Positions 13,511-26,000 of a stretch of DNA of 64,000 bases are shown here, one piece after another. Under the pieces are notes generated by a model that was given only the letters and a program-made list of their open reading frames with translations, searched no databases and was not told the origin of the DNA. The stretch is from NCBI GenBank assembly GCA_004431415.1, contig QPMI01000049.1:186001-250000 (forward strand), read 5' to 3'. A program made the translations under genes and the position numbers. Origin of the DNA: Cyanophora paradoxa CCMP329. Taxonomy: Eukaryota > Plantae > Glaucophyta. The first letter of the stretch is position 1, and each line of letters begins with the position of its first letter.

Positions 13511-15544
13511 GGGCGGCCCCGCCTGGCGAGCTTGCGCTTCCAGTCGCCCGCATGCGAGATCTGGAGCCGCGAGTCAGCGAAGGCGGAGCGGGCCTCGGCG
13601 GGGATCGGGCGCCGGCGAGCGTCCGGCCGGGAGGAGCGCGTACCTTCATCGAAGATCGCGAGGCGAAGTCGCGCGGGGCTGCAGCCTGCAGCTGCAGGAA
13701 GTGTTAAGTGCGAGTCCTGCGGTCGCGGGTGACCACGGAAGCGAGAGCGCAGGCCGGACAAGCACTCCTGCGTGAGAAAATTAGCAAGAATAGCCCAAAG
13801 AGCGACCGCAGCACGTCCGAGAGCACGAGTAAAGCGGCGTTCCGCTGATCGGACTGGCGCGCTGCGGACAATGCCGTTCGGGACTCCGGGCGGAAGCCGC
13901 CCGCTTTCTAAAGCTCCCTGGTGAGCACAGAGTTATGAAGAAGTCGGCAGCTCGCGGGAGGCGGGCCACGGACCTGACTCGTCAGAGTCCGCTCGCGGCC
14001 CGCTCTCGCTGCCGACCTGCGCGTATGAGATGTACGCAGCACCAGAGAGATCGCTGCTGCACGCTCCGCTCGCCCGCGGGCGCCGCAAGGCATGCGCTAA
14101 GGCGGGCTGATACCTGTACCCCAGCGGAAGACCTCGCTCTTAGCTAGAGGCACGTAACACAAGCGGCGAGCGCAGCTATGGACTGGAGACACTAGCTATG
14201 AAGATTGGAGAGCGCCACAGCAGACGCCGCAGCCGCCGCAGGTGATGTGGCCGCATCGCGGCAGGCCGCTCGCGCCCAGCAGCGTACCGAGAGCTACGTG
14301 GGATGCTTGGTGCGCTGGATCGGTCCCCGCGAGCTCCCGTTGCGCTCTCCAGCTGCGCCGACCTCGGTAGAAGTCGCTCCTCCGGGCCCAGGTTCGGCGC
14401 AGCTCCCCGCTTTACATCACACGAGTTGCACGCCGATGAAAGAACGCCATTCGTATGCTTTCAGCCCGACCCGACGCGATTCCGTGCAGGCCGGCAGGCG
14501 GCGTGCGGATTCCTTGCATGCAGCTTCGAGAGCGCCTGACGGCAGCGAGCATGCGGAACGCTCTACAGTTGATCTTCGATCGATCCTGTTGCAGGCGAGC
14601 CACGCCCGCGCCCGCGTTGCGCACGAGCGCCGACTCCCGCCGCAGTTCCATGGCCGCACGGCCGCACCCGTGCGCCCCCGCCCCAATCGCTGCGCATTGC
14701 TGTGATCCTCGCCTCAGGCGCTCGCGAAGCGGCTGTGCGGGAGCGGGTCCTCCGCCGCTCCTTTCCCCCTCGCAGGCGCCGGCGCGGTGGCTTCATGAAG
14801 GAGGTGGAGGCGCCCGGGCCCTCGCCGAGCTCGCCCAGGCCCGCGGGCCGGGCTCCTTAGTGGGGGGAGAGTCGACTTTCGGCCGACCACGTTGGGTTAT
14901 AAAGCACTTTTATACGAGTTAAAATGATCCTAGTCTCAGCCCCGGGAGCTTACTTCTAGAACCGTCTTTCGGGAGGCTTTGCCGAGCCGCTAAGCCACGG
15001 GAATATATGCTGCCGGCCCGCGCGCTCTCTTTCCCCTCGCACTAGTCTGCATCTAATCTCGATTTCTAACTGTTCAGATTTTGCAGGCGAGCTCTCTACG
15101 CGAAGCTACAGCGGAGCTCCGCGCTTTTTTGGTGCGCGCTCGCCAGACCACGGCGCCGTTCTTAAGCTTTATTCATGCTCTTAAATGTCTCTTCAATGCG
15201 CGCTGCTGCGCACCTTCAGATCGCCCCCATCCGACCCCCCCTCGTCCGACCTTATTCTGACATTATCTCCTATAGCTAGGACGGGCTTCTCGGCCCGGCG
15301 GCGGCGGCGGGGCTCCCCGTGCAAGCATTGGCACGGCACATCCACACGCCGAGCGCGGCGTCCGGCGCCGCGGCCTGCGAGGAGCGTGGGCCCGGAATAT
15401 CTCCTGGAGAGCCCTCTGGGCCGCGGCGCTCCTCTGCCCTTTCGCCGCTTTCATGTTTAGATGTGAAGCAGAGCTTCTCATGTAGTGCTTTCGCTTTAGA
15501 TGTAGAGCAGTGCTCTGTGTGTGCCATGGCGCTAGCGCTGGCGC

Positions 15545-15932
15545 GCTCAGCCTGATTCAGCCTGACCAGCCGACTCCAGCCTGATGATTCTTGGAATCAG
15601 GCTTGGCCATGGGTGCAGGCTGGAGTCCGGCCTGTGTCGAAATCAGGCCAGGCTGATAGCTAATCAGTCTAGCCTGTTTAGCAATCAGGCTGGCCATGGC
15701 CCAGTGGGGTCAGGCTGAAGGCTCAGCCTGATTAAAGGAATATTTAAGGACACGCTCCCCGGCCCTTTATCGTGAGCTTCAGGTCCCCCCTGCCCCGCCC
15801 CCGCCCCCCAGCCTGGCAGGCCCCTCAAGCTCCCCCCCCCCCCTCCCCCCCTCCGATCCCTCCCCTCTCGAGCTCATCCCCCGCGCGCTCCGAGGCTCCC
15901 ACTTAATTATATAAGCTTTCCCCCTTCCTTAG

Positions 15933-15963
<31 letters not shown>

Positions 15964-18900
15964 TTCGAATTCCCCCACCATCTCCCTCTCCCCACCTCCA
16001 CTCGCCCCCCCCTTTTTTTATTATATATATATTTATACAATAAGCCTCGATCGAGTCCGCCGGGGTGGCGCCCGCGGCCGGCGGGTCGCGACCCGCCGGC
16101 CGGCGGGGGACGGTCGACGACTCGACGTCGGCGCGCCGCGGCGCCGCGGCGGCCCGCGGCCGCGGCCGCGGCCCGCGGGCCCGGCGCCGGGCCCGCGCGA
16201 CGCAGGCGCGCGCGGCACGCGTACGTGCGTATATAGTAATTATAACCCCGCCATCACTATCCGGCGGAGTCCGGCGGCGGGGCGGGAGACTCTGAGAGGA
16301 GGGGGATCTAGGGCGCGGACCCGAGACGATGCCAGAGGCCATGGCCAGACTCTGAGAGGCTGCCTTGTTGCTCTCGTACGGGGGAGGCCCTCGCAGCTGA
16401 TGTTCGAAGCTTAAGCCTGCGCGCACCGCGGCGCGGCGCGCGTTCGGGCGCGCGGCGGGGCGGCGGCGAGCGGGGGCGGCCACGCACGCGGGCGCATTCC
16501 GAGTCCGGCGGAGCTTAATATTCGGCGCTTTTCGGCATACTATCATAGCCTCGCTGTGCCGAATATTTGAAACTGCCAGAATTGCAGATGTGTGGCAGAA
16601 GAAGGATCAATGTACCCGCCGCCTAGGCGGACTGGCTCTGTAACCCTCTGTTGCCGAAATTTGAATATGATGCCGATCAACCTCAATTTCGGCGCATTTC
16701 TCGGGTTTTGCCGAAATAAAGTCACGGTACATGGATATAGCATGTTTTACAGTACTACGGTAGTCAAGCCACTGCATGGCCCAGTACTAGTGGGCCTGGG
16801 GCCTGGGCAGTGCCTCTGTGGGCAGCCTGGGCAGTGGGCAGTGGGCACTGGGCACTGGGCAGTGGGCACAGTACTAGTGGGCAGGGCCGGGCCATCCACT
16901 GGGCCAGACTCTGAAGGCTGCGCATACAGCATGATACAGCATCATACAGGCTGCAGCTGCAGCCCCAGCTAGGCCAGGCCGCCAGGCCTAGTACTGCCAG
17001 GCTGGAGAACTAGTTAATTTAGTAGAGGAAAATGGAAAATAATTAGTACTTCGCCAAAAATGCCCATATTTAGCAGCTGGTAAAACTTTATAATTAGTAG
17101 GTCCGACGGTCAGTCGATCGGGTGCATGCATCCGACGCGCATAATATATAAGTTAAAAAACATTTTTTGTTTTTTTGGTGAATTACCGGCCACAGCCTCT
17201 AGTCTACTCCAGCACCTAGTCTAAAAACATATTTGGGCGGAGAGGGGATATCGGTTCTAGCTAGCTCAGCGGCTAGGTCATGATCAGTCTTGACAGGCCT
17301 AGCTAGGGCCCGGGGCTTTTGTATGACGGAGACGGGACTACCGGGTACCCCTACAAATTCTCGGCTTTAGCAGGCGGGAAATATCCGCCCAAAAACTTTT
17401 ACTAAGTTAGTGCTATAAATATGCAGCCACCGTGGGCCGTGGGCCGTGGCACGAGTCGATCGCGACTCGCGACCGTCGGACTCGCGACTCGCGAGTCGAG
17501 GGCCCGAGGCAGCTGGACTCTGCTGCTGGAGGCTGCTGGAGTCCGACGGTCAGCAGCTGGACAGCCCGGCGGCCTGCCAGGCTGGCCGGACGGTCCGACG
17601 GTCTGGTCCCAGTGTCCCACCGTCTGGACTCTGGAGTCTGGACTCTGGACTCTGGACCCAGTGGACCGTGCCTGGGCCCTGGAGGCCCTGGACCGAGGCT
17701 GGACGTCGACCAGCCTGGGCCCTGGGGCCCTGGACGTCGAGTCGTCGACGCGGCGGATCCCGGACTCCGGGAGTGGACGGTGGACCGGCCACGACCGCTT
17801 CCGAGTCCGACGTTCGACGTCGACCTCAGTGCCGACTCGACTCATGATCAGCCTGCAGCTGCATCATCCTGCATGGCACGTGCACTGATGGCAGTGCCGA
17901 GTCACTGCCGACTCGAGCTCGGCGAGTCACTGCGCGCCGAGTCACTGAGAGTCACTGAGTCAGTGCCGACTCACTGCCGAGTCAGTCAGTGAGTGAGTGG
18001 CCCCGGGGTCGCGTTGCGCATGCCATGTAGGGCTGGGCACAGTGGCGCCAGTGGCCAGTGGGACCCCGCCACTGGACTGACTCAGTGGCACTTTTTGCCA
18101 CTAGATACAACATGCCAGTTGCATACAAACGACGGAAAATCGCGGGGGGTGGGGGTAGGCTCTTGTCGTCAGATCGACCCGACCCGAAGTTGATGGGCGG
18201 ATTTCCGCCTTTTTTGAGCCGATCTTCTCCATTTTCGGTGCGGTACCGGTTTTCGCATCGGCGGAGTCGAAAACCCTTCAAGCTTAAGGCTTATTTGTTA
18301 CAGGAGGGTGGGGCTTGCACTTTAATTTCCTCGACCCTGTACATGTAAAATCGATTGCGCGAAGCGCCTGAAAGCTCGGCGCTTTTTCGCTTAGTTTAGG
18401 TCGTTTTTTGCTTCAGAATCACAGGTACCCCCCTCCCACTGGCGCCACTGAGTGGGGTGCCAGTGGGGGGGGGCCACTGACTCAGTGGGGTCGGACCGGA
18501 CCCCCACTACGCCCACCCCTAATGCCATGATGCACTGCCGAGTCAGTGCCGACTCAGCAGAGTCAGCACTGAGCTCGAGTCAGCACTGACTCAGCAGTGC
18601 CGAGCCGGCGAGTCAGTGCGACTCAGTGGACTCAGTGCCGACTCATGAATCATGATGAGCTCGAGTGCCGAGTCAGTGCCGACCGCATTCATGGTCATGA
18701 GCCCGTTGAGCCGCTAACTTACTAAGCTTGCAACTTCTTGCAAGTTGATCTGCAATGTCTCGAGACTCGAGCTCCAAATGGATGCAAATGTGGCCGATTC
18801 GTTTCAGTCTCATCAATCATTCATCGCGAATCGATTCGCGATCGCGATGATCGATTTCTTCGCGAAAAATTAAAAATTCAGTGATTTCAATTAAGAAAAC

Positions 18901-19950
18901 GTGACGCTGCTGGTACAATGTTATATATCTATATTTAGCAGACTACAATAAGTCAGAGTTTAAAATTGTCTGAATATTCGATGATTTTTGCTTTAAGCAA
19001 GTCCATGTTAATTTCTCTTTATCCGATCGCGTGACGTTCGCTTTCATGTCGAAGATGCGAAGTTACAGTTTCCCGTCATGACGGACACGAACTCACGCCG
19101 ACGGACGGCGAGTCTGCGACTTGCAAGTTGCAATTGAGGCACTAGTACTGGAGGGTACGGATATCGTTCGCGGATCCGCCCGCGTGCTTAGAATAGCACA
19201 CCGTGGCACCTTCGCGAATCTGCACCCTCCGCCGGGCCGGGCACGAGTTGCCTGCGAATCCAGATCTCCTCACTGAGTCAGGGGCCTGATCATCGGATCT
19301 CGTGAGTCTGCGGCAGCTACTCGTGTAGCGCGAGCGCGAATTCGAACGTTCCTTCGAGCTATTACGCGCATACTGCAGCAGCGTGCAACTGCAGGCACGC
19401 GCGCGCGCCGTCGGGTGCTCGCCCAGCTCCAAACGCAGTACCGCCGTAGCCCGCGCAGCAGTACGTATACAAGGCAACATCATACATGCACGCCTGCAGC
19501 AGCGGCATAAGCGCATCACAGCAGCACGCATAGCACACCAGCGCCAGCATGTGCATCCGTGCATGCATCTGATCATGAACATGACAGGAGACCGATATCG
19601 ATATCGGACGTCGAGGTCGGGCCTTGGATCCAGTGTGCATATGGGCGCGCGTGCGCGACGTCCTGTCAAGTTCGACATGCACACGTACGAGCCGCGCCGC
19701 TCGCGAGGTCCTGCACGCGCGCAGACATATATTGACATCGCCCTTGCATGGCCAGGCGAAGGTCAAGGTCCAACTGTACAGGCCGGCGCCCCTTCAAGGC
19801 CCTAGGCCTACAGTTGCTCTTTACTATGGCTATCATCAAATGCATGTCCCTTCGAGTGCAAGGTGCGCGCGTACAGAGGGCTGTAACTAGGCACTATAAA
19901 TAAACATGTACATCATGGCATGTACATGCGACGGCGCCCGGCGGCCGTAC
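15545..19950. repeat. Non-coding low-complexity tract of short palindromic motifs, probably containing decayed transposon relics
   Basis: Blocks dominated by AGCCTG/CAGGCT (15550-15735), GGGCAGT/ACTGGGC (16760-16910), GACTC/GAGTC and CAGTG/CACTG (17440-18100, 18440-18700) and TGCA/CATG (19370-19930). No credible coding exons. Confidence 0.65.
17164..17222 (-). mobile_element. Extremely 5'-truncated copy (about 59 bp) of the poly(A) retroposon at 42790-44810
   Basis: ttttttggtgaattaccggccacag(c/t)ctctag is shared with 42791-42822. Flanked by direct repeat aaaaacat (17156-17163 and 17223-17230). Confidence 0.7.
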
Positions 19951-20059
19951 GCATAATCGAACGATATTCATATTGATTTATATATATATTCGAAATACAT
20001 TTGTCGATGTGCTTTAATGAAGTCACGGACCCAAGCCTGATGCTCTTGCGCATCCGCAG

Positions 20060-23000
20060 CAGCTTCTCTATCGGCTCCGATCGTTGCGGGGCCCGCGGCC
20101 GGGGGCGCCTCGGACCGCATCGCGATCGCGCGCGACGCCGACGGCGCGGTCGAGCTCGCCGTCACTGTGGACGCGGCGGCGACGGCGGCCACCGTGACGT
20201 GCACGGCGGCCGGGGATGGGCGGGCCTCCGGAGATCGGCCCGTCGCCTCCGCGTCCGTCGATCGCAACGCAATCAAGCACGCCGCCGCCGCGAACGGCGC
20301 GGCGCGCTCGGCGACCATCGATATCGCGATCAAGGTCCGCAGAGAAATTCTGGGGCACTAGTTTCCAAGCCCCCGAAAACGAAAACGTGCATTTGGGCGC
20401 CCCTCTTCGCTGAGAATAGAGTTCCGATTTCGCTAGATCTCTAGGCTCTAGCGCTAGCGCTGTAGCTAGCCACGCTGGGACGCTCGCGTGGGCAAGGCCC
20501 CACGGCCGGACATCGATCCCGAATGCATATATACGTTTAAGGGTGTAGCTAAATTTTAGAATCTTTTGCCTGACTTGAGCTCGACTTGGAGCGTCTTAAG
20601 CTTTTACACCAGACCCAATTGCAACCCGTTTTAATTTATGAGCTTGGGCAGTCATAAAGAATATTCGAGCCGCTGAGCCAAGCGTTTTCCATATACAATA
20701 TCTAGATCTGGCTGTCCAGCTTTCGATCGATCGCTACATCTGATGATCTACTATTAATATTCCTCATGATCATAGATAGATATATACATAAATATATAGA
20801 TGCATGAGAGCTCTCGCGATCCAATATCGATGTTGACGATTCGTTCGCGCTAACTCACACTACGCGACGCTTTGTTTCGGGCGCAGGTCACCCTAGAGGG
20901 CGGGGCCCGCTACGAGTGCACCGCCGTGCAGACGCTGGACGGCGGCCTCACGTGGTCCCCCCCGTCCAGCGCGGTCCCAGTCGATCTCACCACGCGTGCG
21001 GCTGCCGCGGGCGCCCCATCGGCTCCGATCATTGCGGGGCCCGCGGGCGCCTCGGACCGCATCGCAATCGCGCGCGACGCCGACGGCGCGGTCGAGCTCG
21101 CCGTCACTGTGGACGCGGCGGCGACGGCGGCCACCGTGACGTGCACGGCGGCCGGGGATGGGCGGGCCTCCGGAGATCGGCCCGTCGCCTCCGCGTCCGT
21201 CGATCGCAACGCAATCAAGCACGCCGCCGCCGCGAGTGGGGCGTCACGCTTGGCGACCATCGCGATTAAGGTCCGCAGAGACCTTTTGGGGCGCTAGTTT
21301 AATTTCTAAGCCCCTGGAAACGATAAAAGTGCATTTTTTATGATTAGGTGCCCCTCTTTGCCCCGAATAGAGTTTCGATTTCTCTAGATCTAGATTTCTG
21401 GGCCCGGCGGCCGCGGGCTCCAGGGCTATCTATAGCGCTAGCTGCACTGGGACGCTCGCGCGGGCAAGGTTCCGGATCCCGAATGCAAATGTTTACAAGT
21501 GCAGCTAATTTTTGAAATTGAACCTTTTAGCTGACTTGAGCTCGCCTTGGAGCTTCTGAAGCTGTTTCACTAGGCTCCACCCTTTTGATTCGGGCAGCCA
21601 TAAATAATAGCGTTTTCCAAAGGCTGTCCAGCGGTCAATTGATCGCTATATCTGATGATCTACTATTAATATTGCCCATGATCACATATATGCACAACAG
21701 CGCTCGCGATCCGATCGCGATGCCATGATGGCGATATCGATGTCGACGATTCGTTCGCGCTAACTCACACTACGCGACGCTTTGTTCCGCGCGCAGGTCA
21801 CCCTAGAGGGCGGGCCCGCTACGAGTGCACCGCCGCGCAGACGCTGGACGGCGGCCTCACGTGGTCCCCCCCGTCCAGCGCGGTCCCAGTCGATCTCACC
21901 ACGCGTGCGGCTGCCGCGGGCGCCCCATCGGCTCCGATCATTGCGGGGCCCGCGGGCGCCTCGGACCGCATCGCAATCGCGCGCGACGCCGACGGCGCGG
22001 TCGAGCTCGCCGTCACTGTGGACGCGGCGGCGACGGCGGCCACCGTGACGTGCACGGCGGCCGGGGATGGGCGGGCCTCCGGAGATCGGCCCGTCGCCTC
22101 CGCGTCCGTCGATCGCAACGCAATCAAGCACGCCGCCGCCGCGAGTGGGGCGTCACGCTTGGCGACCATCGCGATTAAGGTCCGCAGAGACCTTTTGGGG
22201 CGCTAGTTTAATTTCTAAGCCCCTGGAAACGATAAAAGTGCATTTTTTATGATTAGGTGCCCCTCTTTGCCCCGAATAGAGTTTCGATTTCTCTAGATCT
22301 AGATTTCTGGGCCCGGCGGCCGCGGGGCTCCAGGGCTATCTATAGCGCTAGCTGCACTGGGACGCTCGCGCGGGCAAGGTTCCGGATCCCGAATGCAAAT
22401 GTTTACAAGTGCAGCTAATTTTTGAAATTGAACCTTTTAGCTGACTTGAGCTCGCCTTGGAGCTTCTGAAGCTGTTTCACTAGGCTCCACCCTTTTGATT
22501 CGGGCAGCCATAAATAATAGCGTTTTCCAAAGGCTGTCCAGCGGTCAATTGATCGCTATATCTGATGATCTACTATTAATATTGCCCATGATCACATATA
22601 TGCACAACAGCGCTCGCGATCCGATCGCGATGCCATGATGGCGATATCGATGTCGACGATTCGTTCGCGCTAACTCACACTACGCGACGCTTTGTTCCGC
22701 GCGCAGGTCACCCTAGAGGGCGGGGCCCGCTACGAGTGCACCGCCGCGCAGACGCTGGACGGCGGCCTCACGTGGTCCCCCCCGTCCAGCGCGGTCCCAG
22801 TCGATCTCACCACGCGTGCGGCTGCCGCGGGCGCCCCATCGGCTCCGATCATTGCGGGGCCCGCGGGCGCCTCGGACCGCATCGCAATCGCGCGCGACGC
22901 CGACGGCGCGGTCGAGCTCGCCGTCACTGTGGACGCGGCGGCGACGGCAGCCACCGTGACGTGCACGGCGGCCGGGGATGGGCGGGCCTCCGGAGATCGG

Positions 23001-26000
23001 CCCGTCGCCTCCGCGTCCACTTCCACTTTTCAAGTATCAACAGGGACGAGTTCCATCGCCGCGGTGCTAGAACAGTTGCGATCTTTCTTCGGCTGGCGCT
23101 CGGCCAACAATCTCGAGGCTGCACGTGCGACAACCAGCACGGTCCTGATCAAGGTATGCAATCGCGCTCAAGTTTTAATTATAGTTTCTCAAGTCCGGCT
23201 GGGAGGGGGTATTGCTCTGAGGCCATGGAGTCGCCAACGAACTTCGAACTTTCGGAATTCGAAGGGTCTAGGATGGCATTTACAATTAAATATTTCGAAT
23301 TCTGGGCAAGCTTGAAGCTTCAACTAGCTATAGTACTTCAGTTTGGAAAAACAAATCCGATCGTGATTATAGAAGAAGGCGCCGGCAAACTACGACATAT
23401 CTAGATAAAGATATATACATGGACTCCAGAAAAGGCTCAAGTCTCCGGCCACAGTCTCAAGACACCAGCGCTAGCTCTGTGGGGGCTGCCTAGGAGAGAT
23501 AAGGGACAGCAGAAGCAAAAGAACTCGATATACTATAGCTATGTGTTCTTGATAAGACTCCAATGGGCTTTCACGGCAATTTCGGCGCCACCTCACATTA
23601 CGTGACGTCGCAGGTCGCCCTAGAGGGCGGGGCCCGCTACGAGTGCACCGCCTCGCAGACGCTGGACGGCGGCCTCACGTGGTCCCCCCCGTCCAGCGCG
23701 GTCCCAGTCGATATCATGCTGCAAGGTGCGACACATTTAGGGTGGCTAATGCTAGCGCTTGAATGCTAATTTATAAGCGCTCGGTTCTGAACTCTCAATT
23801 GCTCGAATACTGTAGATTATATAATTAGGTAGTATTTAAGAACCCAAAATATTTAGTTATTCTGGGGTTCAGCGGGTTTACTGGTAGTTGGCTGAAAATT
23901 ATTAAGAGTTGGCCGTGCTGAGCGCTTTTAGAAGGGGTATACGTATACGTAGGCGGGGCACGCGCAAGGCCTAGGGTTCAGGACTCAAGAGCAACGCATC
24001 CAGAATTAAGTACTTTTTTTTGGAAAAGCCCGCTGGGGGCATATCAGTATATAAGTAACAGATCCAGTGTACTAAATATTTCTCGTTCTATATGTACAGT
24101 AATTGCAATTGCTCGTCCTGATATCCTGCTGCAGCTAAAACCTACTACGCAGGAGTTTCAACATCTATGCACAGTGACAAAGCCTCACAAGATGCACACC
24201 TGAACCGTCGTTTACTGCAAACAGGAAATCCAACGCCGACGGAAACCCCGACGGAGACTCCCACGGAGACGCCGACGGAAACCCCGACGGAGACTCCCAC
24301 GGAGACGCCGACGGAAACCCCGACGGAGACTCCCACGGAGACGCCGACGGAAACCCCGACGGAGACTCCCACGGAGACGCCGACGGAAACCCCGACGGAG
24401 ACTCCCACGGAGACGCCGACGGAAACCCCGACGGAGACTCCCACGGAGACGCCGACGGAAACCCCGACGGAGACTCCCACGGAGACGCCGACGGAAACCC
24501 GACGGAGACTCCCACGGAGACGCCGACGGAAACCCCGACGGAGACTCCCACGGAGACGCCGACGGAAACCCCGACGGAGACTCCCACGGAGACGCCGACG
24601 GAAACCCCGACAGAGACTCCCACGGAGACGCCGACGGAAACCCCGATGGAGACTCCCACGGAGACGCCGACGGAAACCCCGACGGAGACTCCCACGGAGA
24701 CGCCGACGGAAACCCCGACGGAGACTCCCACGGAGACGCCGACGGAAACCCCGACGGAGACTCCCACGGAGACGCCGACGGAGACCCCGACGGAGACTCC
24801 CACGGAGACGCCGACGGAAACCCCGACGGAGACTCCCACGGAGACGCCGACGGAAACCCCGACGGAGACTCCCACGGAGACGCCGACGGAAACCCCGACG
24901 GAGACTCCCACGGAGACGCCGACGGAAACCCCGACGGAGACTCCCACGGAGACGCCGACGGAGACCCTGACGGAGACTCCCACGGAGACGCCGACGGAAA
25001 CCCCGACGGAGACTCCCATGGAGACGCCGACGGAAACCCCGACGGAGACTCCCACGGAGACGCCGACGGAGACCCCGACGGAGACTCCCACGGAGACGCC
25101 GACGGAGACCCCGACGGAGACTCCCACGGAGACGCCGACGGAGACCCCGACGGAGACTCCCACGGAGACGCCGACGGAAACCCCGACGGAGACTCCCACG
25201 GAGACGCCGACGGAAACCCGACGGAGACTCCCACGGAGACGCCGACGGAAACCCCGACGGAGACTCCCACGGAGACGCCGACGGAGACCCCGACGGAGAC
25301 TCCCACGGAGACGCCGACGGAAACCCCGACGGAGACTCCCACGGAGACGCCGACGGAGACCCCGACGGAGACTCCCACGGAGACGCCGACGGAGACCCCG
25401 ACGGAGACTCCCACGGAGACGCCGACGGAAACCCCGACGGAGACTCCCACGGAGACGCCGACGGAAACCCCGACGGAGACTCCCACGGAGACGCCGACGG
25501 AGACCCCGACGGAGACTCCCACGGAGACGCCGACGGAAACCCCGACGGAGACTCCCACGGAGACGCCGACGGAAACCCCGACGGAGACTCCCACGGAGAC
25601 GCCGACGGAAACCCCGACGGAGACTCCCACGGAGACGCCGACGGAGACCCCGACGGAGACTCCCACGGAGACGCCGACGGAGACCCCGACGGAGACTCCC
25701 ACGGAGACGCCGACGGAAACCCCGACGGAGACTCCCACGGAGACGCCGACGGAAACCCCGACGGAGACTCCCACGGAGACGCCGACGGAAACCCCGACGG
25801 AGACTCCCACGGAGACGCCGACGGAACCCCGACGGAGACTCCCACGGAGACGCCGACGGAAACCCCGACGGAGACTCCCACGGAGACGCCGACGGAAACC
25901 CGACGGAGACTCCCACGGAGACGCCGACGGAAACCCCGACGGAGACTCCCACGGAGACGCCGACGGAAACCCGACGGAGACTCCCACGGAGACGCCGACG

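Noticed and set aside
12167-13761. Long Arg/Gly/Pro/Ala ORFs on both strands
   Set aside because: They arise from a GC-rich minisatellite lacking stop codons, and the 40/80-bp period is not a multiple of 3.
12285-14950. Degenerate terminal inverted repeats around the minisatellite region (about 12290-12347 vs 14872-14948)
   Set aside because: Similarity is too weak by eye and no TSD was found.
13540-15480. Possible small spliced gene(s)
   Set aside because: Some GT..CAG pairs are present, but I could not build a consistent frame or recognise a domain.
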